Shown here piece after piece: positions 18,875 to 28,142 of a stretch of DNA of 38,109 nt. The position numbers and the translations under genes are program-made. The notes under the pieces were generated by a model, which saw only the letters and a list, made by a program, of their open reading frames with translations, did not search any database and had not been told where the DNA came from. This DNA is from a virus (taxonomy: Duplodnaviria > Caudoviricetes): the IMG/VR virus record IMGVR_UViG_3300027887_000029, positions 1 through 38,109 of that record; one strand, 5' to 3'. Position 1 is the first letter of the stretch. Every line of letters starts with the position of its first letter.

Positions 18875-20863
18875 CTATTCATTTGTAATGGGGATCAAGC
18901 AACAATGACAGTTGATTACTTGATCCGCACTTCCGCTTCCAGGTTCCATTTGTCCATTTTGGAATGGTTCATCTATTGGTATTGAGCCCTGTGCTGCATT
19001 TTGGAAGTGTTCTTCCCGTTCAACTGCTCCTATCCATGCTTTCTTTGGAACACCACCTTCTTTGTATTCTTTAAAAGTTGCTGTATTCATCAAACATCCA
19101 ACTTCTGTTTTAGCAATTGTATTTGCTCTAGCAGTTGCGAAGTTATAAACTTCCTTTATACTTTCTGCTATACTAGATATAGAGTCTCCTGCTTTCATTC
19201 CTTTATGAACCCTATTCTTAATTTGAGCAAAGATAGTATCTTCTATTCCAGCTAACAAATTAGCTCTTGAATTAATAACTACAGTATCTAGAATAAAGTC
19301 TCTTGAATGACCTAGTAACTCTATGGCCATTTTACCAGATGTTTCCATAATATCTGCCATTAATGGAACAGTCATTTTAATCAACTTCTTTTTTTCATCA
19401 CCAAATATATTTAAAGCTTCTATTAGCATTTGTTCTTCAACTATATCTTTTGTATGGTTATCTAAAATAGATAATATCTTTCTTCTTTGGTCAAAGATGT
19501 GTCTTTTAACCTTAGAATGAAACTGTCTTTCAAAGTTATTTCTTATTCTATTGAAGTTTCTATGATAACTTTTTGCCATTTCTGGAACTTCTAATTTAAC
19601 TTCTTTTACTTCTATACTTTCAATATCCGAAATATATTCCTTCTGCGGAGTTACTTCTGTAGTTGAGTCTTCACCAACTTCAACTAAATTAATAGGTAGT
19701 CTTCTAACATCGCCATCTGGTTCTGTTTCTTCAGGCATACCTAGTTGTAATCTTTCATTAATCTCGTCCCTTGTATAACCTAGACTCAATAATCCAGCTG
19801 CACCAGTAATCTTTGTATTAATATCTTCTTGTAGTTCACCAATACTAGCAAAGTCAAATTGACATTCTAAACCTGGGAACTTCAACATGAAAAAGTCTGA
19901 ATTTAGTTTCTCTTGGATACGAATTAATAATGGTTTAACGGTATTCTTCCAAAATACTTGACTTTGTGCTTGAGCTGTAGCGAAATTAATATCTTCAGTA
20001 TAACCAGCAACTGTCTTAGGAACACCAAAGATAGATAGAACTTGATCCCTTGTAAACTTTCTACCTTCCAAGAATTCCATTTCTCTTTGTGTAAACTGAA
20101 CTCTATTATAAGTCATTCCACCTTTCAGGAACGCTGTCTTGTGAGCATTCTCTGCACCTTGCATGCCTTGGTTCCATTGTTTCTTCAATGCTTGTAGTTC
20201 AGCATCCGTAATAGGTTTATCTTTATCAATAGTAATAACTCCATCTGGACTTGCACTATTAGCAAAGAACTTTCTATTATACAAAGCTGCTAAGTGATCT
20301 CCTTCCAGTTCCAACTTCACTGGATCTAATGGAGACAGTCCTCTATAACCTGCTGTAGTAAAGAAAGTGAAATGAGTTATATCTGATTCAGGAATCTCTT
20401 GTTTACCATTCCATATCCATGAGGTCACAACGCCATCCTTATCTACAACGTGTTTCATGAATTTTGGATTGAGAGAATAGATTTCTGCTGGATATGTAGA
20501 TGTTCCTGCTTGCATTCCTACACTTGGAGAAAAGTAAAGAAAAGCTTCACCGGTTATATATAAAAAGGATATTAATGATTCCCATAACTCAAATCTAGAT
20601 TGATATGGATTGGGAATGTTGAATAATCTTACTAGCTTATCAGTATCAGGAAGTGGTTCTTCACCTCTATAGATTAATAATGGACATTGAGCAGATGTTA
20701 CAGCTAACATAGATACACACTTATGGACTAGATAGTTTTGACTATATGGGGATGTTAACTTATTTGGTTGCTCTAGATAGTTCAACTCTCGTATACGTAG
20801 AAAGTCTTCTGACCAACCTTTCTTTACTAGATTTTGATATATCTGCTTAATCTTTTCAAGCAT
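18875..20863 (-). CDS. HK97-type portal fused to a MuF (SPP1 gp7-like) head morphogenesis domain
   Basis: PNPYQS, GLSPL, FFANSASPDG, IFGVP; C-terminal RANTIAKTE...KAW...INCHC. Confidence 0.92.
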   Translation of the reverse strand: MLEKIKQIYQNLVKKGWSEDFLRIRELNYLEQPNKLTSPYSQNYLVHKCVSMLAVTSAQCPLLIYRGEEPLPDTDKLVRLFNIPNPYQSRFELWESLISFLYITGEAFLYFSPSVGMQAGTSTYPAEIYSLNPKFMKHVVDKDGVVTSWIWNGKQEIPESDITHFTFFTTAGYRGLSPLDPVKLELEGDHLAALYNRKFFANSASPDGVITIDKDKPITDAELQALKKQWNQGMQGAENAHKTAFLKGGMTYNRVQFTQREMEFLEGRKFTRDQVLSIFGVPKTVAGYTEDINFATAQAQSQVFWKNTVKPLLIRIQEKLNSDFFMLKFPGLECQFDFASIGELQEDINTKITGAAGLLSLGYTRDEINERLQLGMPEETEPDGDVRRLPINLVEVGEDSTTEVTPQKEYISDIESIEVKEVKLEVPEMAKSYHRNFNRIRNNFERQFHSKVKRHIFDQRRKILSILDNHTKDIVEEQMLIEALNIFGDEKKKLIKMTVPLMADIMETSGKMAIELLGHSRDFILDTVVINSRANLLAGIEDTIFAQIKNRVHKGMKAGDSISSIAESIKEVYNFATARANTIAKTEVGCLMNTATFKEYKEGGVPKKAWIGAVEREEHFQNAAQGSIPIDEPFQNGQMEPGSGSADQVINCHCCLIPITNE

Positions 20864-20932
20864 TGATTAATTTCTCCTGTAGTAGGATACACGTAGTATA
20901 CTATAGTTATTTGTTCTTGACCCAGAACTATT

Positions 20933-22162
20933 CTAGAATACAATCTCCAGTTTATCCTCTCCTTTACCCCAGTTAGTAAATAAAGCATACCTCATTGGGT
21001 CAAGTAAGTGATCAGCAAACTTTACGGGTTCTTCTATAACATTACCATTTTTATCTTTTTTATATGAATATGTTTGAAGTTCTTTAATTAAATTAATAGA
21101 ACTTTCATGAATATAAAGTTTATGTCTCTTACAAAAATCAATTCCCAAATTAACATCTTTATTACTAGATCTAGCAAAGAATCCAGCTCTTTGAATTTCT
21201 TCAATTCTTTGTGGTTCTGCTGAATCACAAAATATACAATCCCTATCTCTTTTGCTTTCAGGAATTATATCTTCTAACTTTCCAATTAAATCTTGATTTG
21301 TTAATTTCTTTTCATAAAGAATTTCTTTTATATAAAATTCATTATCTTTAATTGAAACTTCAACAACTCCAGTTGGTGCTACAAATCCGAAGTCAATTCC
21401 ATAACATGTTTCTTTAAATTTAGTTGGCCAATTCTTATCTTCAACTATAGTCCAATTCTGATAAATAAGATCAAGTAGTTGCCCCCACATTCCTTTTGCA
21501 TAGATAGAATATAAATTCTCATCCTGTTCTTTTAATCCTTCAAGAACTTTTTTATATACATTATCTAAAAATCTATTATCATTATATGTTGATAAATGAA
21601 TGTTGCAACTCTCTTTTTGTTTTTGAAAGAATGTTTCATAAACCCAAGATAGTTTTGAAATTGGATTACAACTAAGACAAATCTGTTTATAACTTGGAGT
21701 TTGTCCTCTTATACGCAAATCTAATTGAATAAAATCACCAACATTAAACTCTGTACTTTCTTCTAACCATGCAGATGTAAGTCCTGCAATACTTTTAATT
21801 TTAGCTTCATCATCCATTCCACCACACATTATTTCTGAATCATTAATAAATTTAAATGTAAGATCAGAATGGTTAATATCAACTATATCTTTAATATTCC
21901 ATTGATAAATTAGATCTTTAAATAAAGTAAATACCGACTTCTTACAAGCAGGTGAAGTTTTACGTAAAGCTAATATTCTGTGTTTAATTCCTTTTCTCAT
22001 CCCAAGTAATATTCTTAATAGAAATTTTTGAGCTATAAACCAAGACTTTCCAGATCCAGCCCCTCCAAGAAAAACTTCATATCTACTTTTATCTACAAGT
22101 AATGGATAGAAAGAATCATTAATAATATTATGTAGTTGTGATAAATCCAAATTTAGTTGCAT
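20933..22162 (-). CDS. terL: Terminase large subunit, PBSX type
   Basis: Walker A GGAGSGKS, Walker B WLEES, SCNP, GIDFG, DSAEP, DHLLDPMRY. Confidence 0.95.
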   Translation of the reverse strand: MQLNLDLSQLHNIINDSFYPLLVDKSRYEVFLGGAGSGKSWFIAQKFLLRILLGMRKGIKHRILALRKTSPACKKSVFTLFKDLIYQWNIKDIVDINHSDLTFKFINDSEIMCGGMDDEAKIKSIAGLTSAWLEESTEFNVGDFIQLDLRIRGQTPSYKQICLSCNPISKLSWVYETFFQKQKESCNIHLSTYNDNRFLDNVYKKVLEGLKEQDENLYSIYAKGMWGQLLDLIYQNWTIVEDKNWPTKFKETCYGIDFGFVAPTGVVEVSIKDNEFYIKEILYEKKLTNQDLIGKLEDIIPESKRDRDCIFCDSAEPQRIEEIQRAGFFARSSNKDVNLGIDFCKRHKLYIHESSINLIKELQTYSYKKDKNGNVIEEPVKFADHLLDPMRYALFTNWGKGEDKLEIVF

Positions 22163-22829
22163 TTATTTTACTTCCACAAATTATAAAATTATATAAATTT
22201 TGCCAATATTCTCTATTAAAATTTGCTGTACAGTTACAAGATACACATATAGTAATTAAATTATCAAGATGACAATCTTTTTTATTATAATTTATATGAT
22301 GAATTGTTAGACCTTGATTATATACTTTAAAACTTAACATCTCTGTTATACCACATCTTTGACAAGTATGATGATCTCTATCTTTAATTATTTCTTTAAA
22401 ATATTTGTCTCCCCATATATTACAATACGGTTCAAAAGCAATTCCTCCTTTCCAATGACAACTATTTGGTCCTGATATTCTTGCTAAATATTCTGGTGTA
22501 TTAAAAACTTTTTTTAATTTAATAGATAATTTTTCTCTAGATCCTGATTTATACATTGGATTTTTATTATCTGATATATCAGAATGATTTTGCGACATTT
22601 TTTTCCTAACTTCTAATCTTTTTGCTGGATTTTTTTCTCCTAAAATTCTTTCTCTTTTTTCTTTCTTTACTTCTTCTTTACTACAATATTCTTTATATTT
22701 TATAGACATTTCTTTAACAACAATATTTGTTTCTTTTGTAAGTCCTTTATTCCATGGTAATTTTCCTATTCTAGCTGTTCTTAATCTTTCTTTCTCACAT
22801 TCTGTTCTTATATATTTACCAACTTTCAT
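22128..22829 (-). CDS. HNH homing endonuclease (HHINY type) between terS and terL
   Basis: PWNKG, WKGGIAFEPYC, RDHHTCQRC, TIHHINY, DNLITICVSCN. Confidence 0.87.
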   Translation of the reverse strand: MKVGKYIRTECEKERLRTARIGKLPWNKGLTKETNIVVKEMSIKYKEYCSKEEVKKEKRERILGEKNPAKRLEVRKKMSQNHSDISDNKNPMYKSGSREKLSIKLKKVFNTPEYLARISGPNSCHWKGGIAFEPYCNIWGDKYFKEIIKDRDHHTCQRCGITEMLSFKVYNQGLTIHHINYNKKDCHLDNLITICVSCNCTANFNREYWQNLYNFIICGSKINATKFGFITTT

Positions 22830-23251
22830 TATTCTATATCCTCAACATCTATATCTTTAATTTCCCCAGTAAAATTCACTTGTAATACTTTTTGCTCAAC
22901 TTCAGCCTCAATTCTCTGAACTGGTTTTCCTGCTCCATATGAAATTAATAATTCTAGTGCTTTAATCTTATCAGAGTTTCTCCATTTTGGAAATCTATCT
23001 TTAGATTTCTGTTGGTCATAATAAGCAATTTCTACAAGTGAATTAAATAAATCCCCACAATCTTCACCGCATAGTTTCTTAAAATATTCCTTAACTGGAT
23101 CTTTCTTTCTATATCTTCCTGTAGTATTTGGATTAACACCTTTTAACCACCTACCTTTCTCGTCGCGTAATACTTCCGTATTTTTTGGGGAACTTTGTTC
23201 TATTACTTCAGGAACAAGAACTTCGTCCTTATCCTTATCTTCCTCTGCCAT
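22829..23251 (-). CDS. Probable terminase small subunit
   Basis: RDEKGRWLKGVNPN..GR motif and ALELLISYGAGKPVQ; position upstream of terL. Confidence 0.65.
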   Translation of the reverse strand: MAEEDKDKDEVLVPEVIEQSSPKNTEVLRDEKGRWLKGVNPNTTGRYRKKDPVKEYFKKLCGEDCGDLFNSLVEIAYYDQQKSKDRFPKWRNSDKIKALELLISYGAGKPVQRIEAEVEQKVLQVNFTGEIKDIDVEDIE

Positions 23252-23253
23252 AT

Positions 23254-23901
23254 CTACTTCTCCAATTCACTTATCAAATCTATGTTCTCAACTTTTGGTT
23301 CTTCTTTGATAAAGTATCTTTCTAGTAACTTTAGATATTCTGGTCCAATTCCTTTTATCTTCTTTACTTCTTCTTCATTATCAAGCAGATCTGTTGTTCT
23401 TATAAATGAATTATTCTCCAACAACTTGACTAATTTTTTTGGTAGATTCAAAGAATTTATTTTTATTGAATCTTCAAATTCATTTGCTCGATCCAATAGT
23501 TTTAGTAATTCTTTACCGTCGTTTGCATTAGTATCTATTATTAATTCTTCAACTATAGGTTCACCTTCTTCAATCTTCTTTTGCTTATCCCTCTCAAGTT
23601 GATATTTCAACTTTCTCATATAGTATTCATCATCCCTGATCTTTTCACCAAGGTTATCCATTATTTCTAGATACTTTTCTCTTGTAATTCTCCTAACTGT
23701 ATCTCTACCACATTTGGCACATATAGGAACACCTGCTCTTCTTGAATGGTATCCTATTCTACCACAATCACACCTACCTAAAATTGGTTCATTTGGATAA
23801 TCTTTTCTAATAATTTTATCAATTGAACCACAGTTTTCGCAAAAATTTGTCTTTTTTTTGTCAGTAAAACCACAAATTGAGCATCTAAATAATGTATACA
23901 T
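23254..23901 (-). CDS. Zn-ribbon protein with an RNA polymerase alpha-CTD/HhH-like C-terminus
   Basis: CSIC..CENC and CDC..CAKC; INSLNLPKKLVKLLENNSFIRTTDLL..EEEVKKIKGIGPEYLKLL. Confidence 0.65.
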   Translation of the reverse strand: MYTLFRCSICGFTDKKKTNFCENCGSIDKIIRKDYPNEPILGRCDCGRIGYHSRRAGVPICAKCGRDTVRRITREKYLEIMDNLGEKIRDDEYYMRKLKYQLERDKQKKIEEGEPIVEELIIDTNANDGKELLKLLDRANEFEDSIKINSLNLPKKLVKLLENNSFIRTTDLLDNEEEVKKIKGIGPEYLKLLERYFIKEEPKVENIDLISELEK

Positions 23902-23930
23902 TTTCTATCTCCTTTTCCTGAGAATGTGTA

Positions 23931-23962
23931 TATTTGTTCTCGTTTTTTTTCTAGAACAAAAT
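23931..23962. promoter_or_regulatory. Back-to-back AGAACAAA motifs at the divergence point of the two transcription blocks
   Basis: Minus copy at 23940..23931 points to gene 23901; plus copy at 23953..23962 points to gene 23987. Confidence 0.6.
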
Positions 23963-23986
23963 TATACAAATGGAGGTATATATAGA

Positions 23987-24148
23987 ATGATTTGTCAGTA
24001 TCAACATAAAGCAGATGGTTCAGAAACTGAATGCGATCCGAAGTATTGTCAGACTTGGAACGACGAAAAACAAGAATGTAAAGAAAAGGAACCTTATAAG
24101 TATCCAGAAAGGAAAAAGAATGATAGCGAAAGATGTGATATTCAGTAA
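23987..24148 (+). CDS. 53-aa Cys-containing hypothetical protein
   Basis: ATG 23987 with GGAGG at 23972-23976. Confidence 0.6.
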   Translation: MICQYQHKADGSETECDPKYCQTWNDEKQECKEKEPYKYPERKKNDSERCDIQ

Positions 24149-24650
24149 CACTGGATTTAGAGACGACATAACTCATGAACAAATATTTTGTCATTATTGC
24201 AAAAAACTAATAGCGAAATTTAAAATTGGAAGAACTTTTTGCTGTTCCGAATCAAAAATTAAATGTAGTTACTTTCAGAATCTAGTAGAGAAAGCAGAGC
24301 AAAGAAAAGAAAAGAATCTATTTACTACAAAAGGACTAGAAGATAGTGGTGTTCCAAAGAACTATTTGAAGATTTGGGGAATACTTGGACACCCCAACTG
24401 TGAGATTTGTAACAAGAACTCTATCCTACAAGTTGAGGTTGAAGGCACACTACCTCATTTACTATGTATTAATAATCCTAAGAATATCAGCATCTTCAAT
24501 AAGGATAACTGGTTGGTTGTGTGTTCGTTGTGTTATTTGAAAATAAAGTATGAAGGTATAGAACTAGAGAAGTTCTCAAAAGACGAACTTCGAAAACTAC
24601 TTAAAGAAGTAAAGAAAGAAAATCTGGAGTTGATATCCAAAAACTTTTAG
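24120..24650 (+). CDS. Cys-rich protein with a degenerate HNH-like domain
   Basis: CHYC; CEIC...H...NWLVVCSLC; likely start ATG 24120. Confidence 0.55.
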   Translation: MIAKDVIFSNTGFRDDITHEQIFCHYCKKLIAKFKIGRTFCCSESKIKCSYFQNLVEKAEQRKEKNLFTTKGLEDSGVPKNYLKIWGILGHPNCEICNKNSILQVEVEGTLPHLLCINNPKNISIFNKDNWLVVCSLCYLKIKYEGIELEKFSKDELRKLLKEVKKENLELISKNF

Positions 24651-24732
24651 AACAAAAATATATAAAATGTTACTTCCTATCTTACTTATTTTCTAACCTC
24701 CTTTCTTGGCGAATGATGAAAGTCATTCATTT

Positions 24733-24797
24733 ACTTGAGGGGACAGGAACTGGCCAGGTTCTTGATTAAAACCTTAGATTTAATCTCACCCTCAAGT
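24733..24797 (+). ncRNA. Candidate three-way-junction leader RNA, copy 2
   Basis: ACTTGAGGG-GAC-AGGAACT(GGCCA)GGTTCTT-GATTAAA(ACCTTAGA)TTTAATC-TCA-CCCTCAAGT. Confidence 0.7.
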
Positions 24798-24826
24798 TTA
24801 ACTAAATGTCGCTAAGGAGACAACAA

Positions 24827-25267
24827 ATGTATACAAGAACAGAAGAATTCAAAAGAAAAATATCAGAAATAAGAAAAGGAAAACATCATTCTGAAGAAAC
24901 TAAAAAGAAACAATCATTATCTAATAAAGGGCAAATTCCTTGGAATAAAGGAAAAAAGAATTGTTATTCCAAAGAAACTCTAGAAAATATGTCTAATACT
25001 CATAAAAAAATGATTTGTAATAACAATTCTAATCGGAAAGGTGGAAGTAATACTTTCCTACATGATAAAGCTAGAAAATACTTCTTTACTGGTTATTGTG
25101 AAATATGTGGAAAAACAAATGAACAAGAGAAAAAATATATTGGTCATGGACTATCTATGCACAATACTCTAATTCCAAAAGATTATACAGTAATGAATAT
25201 TAATGCTTGGATGTGTGTTTGTCAAAGTTGTCATCAAAAAATAGAAAACCCAAAAGGTAAACAATGA
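24827..25267 (+). CDS. NUMOD3 HNH-like protein, 'MHN' variant
   Basis: GKHHSEETKKKQS, PWNKG, CEIC...LSMHNTLIPKDY...CQSCH; start ATG 24827 after AAGGAG. Confidence 0.8.
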   Translation: MYTRTEEFKRKISEIRKGKHHSEETKKKQSLSNKGQIPWNKGKKNCYSKETLENMSNTHKKMICNNNSNRKGGSNTFLHDKARKYFFTGYCEICGKTNEQEKKYIGHGLSMHNTLIPKDYTVMNINAWMCVCQSCHQKIENPKGKQ

Positions 25268-25536
25268 AGAAAAAGAACATAGCAAATACAGATAATGTTT
25301 TAAGAATAGTTGAAAAACTTACGCCATTTCTATCTATTAAGAAAAGTGACTATATCAAGAAAGCTATTATTGATTGCTTGAAGAAAGATATTGTATTGTT
25401 TGAAGAGTTACTACCAAATGAAGTTAAAGTTATTTCAAAAGAACTAGCAGAAATGGAAGCAGCAAATAACAAACTTATTGAAAGTAAAAGAAAGAAATCT
25501 TTACGAATAAACAACATAGAGGATATATCTTATTAA
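25264..25536 (+). CDS. Putative ribbon-helix-helix regulator (90 aa)
   Basis: Short N-terminal strand followed by KKSDYIKKAI, resembling RHH helix B. Confidence 0.45.
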   Translation: MKKKNIANTDNVLRIVEKLTPFLSIKKSDYIKKAIIDCLKKDIVLFEELLPNEVKVISKELAEMEAANNKLIESKRKKSLRINNIEDISY

Positions 25537-25705
25537 GGAGACTCGAAGTATTTTCAGAAACGGCTTGATGTGCCATTACATCCAAAGATACTTCTAATAC
25601 TCCTTTCAGTTCGTTTCTCAAAGTATCGAGAACAAAATACTAATGAAATACAAAATTGCGTTACTTGTATTTCTGGTTCATAATTCATTATTCACAACTT
25701 CTTCG

Positions 25706-25772
25706 GATAGTAGTGAAGGACAGGGCTTGATTCACCTTTTTCTTCCATACAAGAAATTACTTCACTACTATC
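25706..25772 (+). ncRNA. Candidate three-way-junction leader RNA, copy 3 (diverged)
   Basis: GATAGTAGTGAAG-GAC-AGGG(CTTGATTCA)CCTT-TTTCTT(CCATAC)AAGAAA-TTA-CTTCACTACTATC; perfect 13-bp P1. Confidence 0.62.
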
Positions 25773-25799
25773 ACCTTTTAACCTGTATGGAGGTATCAA

Positions 25800-26288
25800 A
25801 TGACTAAGCTCGAACTTTTCAATCTAGCAAAAAACCTACATAAAGAATGGAACAACATTAAAGAATCTTCAAACAAAGAACTAATAGAACTAAAGAAACA
25901 AGAAATCATTACGTTTATAAAAGAACACTTTGAAGGAAGTAATGAAAAATACAATCTATTTATTTTAAACTACGATAGAAGAATTCCGAAAAGAAACTAT
26001 CTCGAAAAATCAATAAAGGATTTCAAAACAAACTATGTAGATTTGAAGATGAGTAATCTTGATGAAGAAGAATTTCAAGCAATGAAGTATTTTGAAACTT
26101 TACTATACAACAAAAAATATCATCGAGTTGGATTTACTCTTGAAAAGAAAAAGAAAGACGTTACAGAAAAGTATGATATAACTATACAAAGATTAGAATC
26201 TATATGGAAAACAAGGATCAGTTACTTTAACAATGCAACAAAAATAGTTGAAGAAATAAAGAAATCTTCAATGAGTTCAAAGGCGTAG
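25800..26288 (+). CDS. 162-aa basic hypothetical protein; possible DNA-binding or initiator protein
   Basis: GGAGG RBS; HTH-like C-terminus; directly precedes the long non-coding region. Confidence 0.6.
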   Translation: MTKLELFNLAKNLHKEWNNIKESSNKELIELKKQEIITFIKEHFEGSNEKYNLFILNYDRRIPKRNYLEKSIKDFKTNYVDLKMSNLDEEEFQAMKYFETLLYNKKYHRVGFTLEKKKKDVTEKYDITIQRLESIWKTRISYFNNATKIVEEIKKSSMSSKA

Positions 26289-27094
26289 CTAGATGAGATC
26301 AAATAAGTTCAACAATATCAAATGGTTACTTTTTCTAGTAGTTCTAAAATGTAGTCATCCCTTATTATAAGGACATATATAGGGGCTAATACCCCGAAAA
26401 AACAATAGAGTTAAAGAAAAAAAAAAGAAAAGACAAAACAAATGAACTACTAGAAATCTCAAATAAAAAATAAATTGGCTCAAGGCCATACTCCGCATAC
26501 GCGTTAATCCCAAGCTAATAGTTCCTACTAGCAAAGCAAAATCCACTTCCAAATGGGATGAGCTAGCATTCCCAGCTAGCAACTTCCAACCTAAGGTGTT
26601 AACCACGCCACGTTCAAGAACACAATATAGATAGATAGTTGCTAACTCGAGTAAGGTTGCGGCGCGCGTAGTCAACTTTTTCTAAAACCAACCAAACTAA
26701 GCAATTTCAATACAAATTAATTCAATTAATTCAAGTAGTTACAAACCCCAAAAACCGGGTTCTGAGTAAATACAACGAGTAAAAAGTTGCTATTTATCTT
26801 CAATCGTTTCAATAACTTATGGAGGATAAAACTTTGAGTTTAAGATCCTTCTTTATCCACCTTCTTAATCCACTTCACATATACTGTAGACTAGTAGATT
26901 TGACCCACCAACGTAAGCTTTGTAAGCAGTTCTGTATCTTCTATGAAACCTTTATTTTCAAACCTCTGTTTTTTAAAAAATAACTATAGATACATTAAGT
27001 ATACTAAAATTAATGGGTTATCGTTCGTACTGATATCTATAAATTTTGAGAACAAACACTTGAGGAAATGAAAATAAGATAGGAGGTTCTACTA
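26289..27094. other. ~800-bp non-coding region; candidate origin or packaging/control region
   Basis: Largest gap in an otherwise dense genome; A-tract, CG-rich patch and repeated TCAA-N3-(G/C)TTA. Confidence 0.45.
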
Positions 27095-27202
27095 ATGAAA
27101 AAACAAGTATTAGTAAAAAACATAATCGTTATTGGAAAAGAAAGATTACCGTTTTACTTTCCAACCAAAGACAATAAACCCAAAATCGTTATCGTAAAAT
27201 GA
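27095..27202 (+). CDS. 35-aa hypothetical peptide
   Basis: AGGAGG RBS; MKKQVLVKNIIVIGKERLPFYFPTKDNKPKIVIVK. Confidence 0.5.
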   Translation: MKKQVLVKNIIVIGKERLPFYFPTKDNKPKIVIVK

Positions 27203-27212
27203 GGATACTAAA

Positions 27213-27953
27213 ATGAATACTATTCAAGATAAATTCTGCGAGTGTGGACGACCAGCAGTTATATACTACAAAACTGCAAATAGATATGGATGCACAAAAA
27301 ATCCACATCAATGCCCTGGTTACAAACTAAGACGTACATCCGAGAAAGCAATCCAAAGAATGGAGGATAGACAAATACTATTAGATCGGGTTAGTAGAGG
27401 TGAAGAAAAATGTATATATTGTGGTGGAGTTGCTAAAGGTATAATCGAATCTAAGTTATTACCTATATGCCAAGAAAAGAATCAACAATCCTGTCCAGAA
27501 TACAAGAAAAGAGCTGGAGCAAAGATTTCTAAATCTTTAAAACAAGCTTACAAAGACAGACCAGAAATGATAGAGGCCCAACGAAAGATTGCTTTTGAAG
27601 TTCATAATCGTCCAGTTGTGGTGTTGAAAAAGATTAATACAATGAAGAAACTTCACAAAGATCCTGAATTTACAAATCACTATAGAAATGGAATCAAAAA
27701 GTATTTTGATGGAATAAATTCTAAACTTTATAATAAGCTTCATGCAGCAGCAAAGACCTTATTCAGTCATGGATGTTGCTCTATATGTGGAATTACAGAA
27801 GAAGAATGTATAAGCAAATACAAGAAAGGTTTACATATGCATTGCTTAACAGACATACACATAATGAAGAAGGAGAATTGGCAAGAGTTATGTGGTTCCT
27901 GCCATATGAAGATTCATGCAATTCTAAGAAAGCAAATCAAGGAGGGAAAGTAA
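27213..27953 (+). CDS. Cys-rich protein with a C-terminal variant HNH-like domain
   Basis: CECG and CIYCG repeats; CSICG...LHMHCL...ENWQELCGSCH. Confidence 0.7.
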   Translation: MNTIQDKFCECGRPAVIYYKTANRYGCTKNPHQCPGYKLRRTSEKAIQRMEDRQILLDRVSRGEEKCIYCGGVAKGIIESKLLPICQEKNQQSCPEYKKRAGAKISKSLKQAYKDRPEMIEAQRKIAFEVHNRPVVVLKKINTMKKLHKDPEFTNHYRNGIKKYFDGINSKLYNKLHAAAKTLFSHGCCSICGITEEECISKYKKGLHMHCLTDIHIMKKENWQELCGSCHMKIHAILRKQIKEGK

Positions 27954-27954
27954 G

Positions 27955-28131
27955 ATGTCAAAACTCAACGATAAAATTACTTCTATTGAACAAGAGATGC
28001 ATAATCTAAAAACAAATAAACAAGAAGATGTTGATACTTTAAAAGACTGCTTATCAGACTTGGATAGAATCAAACATCATCTAAAAGAACTTGAAGAATG
28101 GATTATTTCAGGAATCAAGTTTCTAGAATAA
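27955..28131 (+). CDS. 58-aa coiled-coil hypothetical protein
   Basis: GGAGG RBS; MSKLNDKITSIEQEMHNLK... Confidence 0.55.
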   Translation: MSKLNDKITSIEQEMHNLKTNKQEDVDTLKDCLSDLDRIKHHLKELEEWIISGIKFLE

Positions 28132-28142
28132 GGAGGTGTAAG

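Noticed and set aside
22128-22829. Group I introns or inteins hosting the HNH genes
   Set aside because: Flanking genes look complete and abut or overlap the HNH ORFs, leaving no room for a ribozyme core; no intein motifs seen in terL, portal or capsid
26355-26675. 106-aa minus-strand ORF
   Set aside because: It opposes the local gene direction, has no clear RBS, and its poly-Phe run comes from the A-tract
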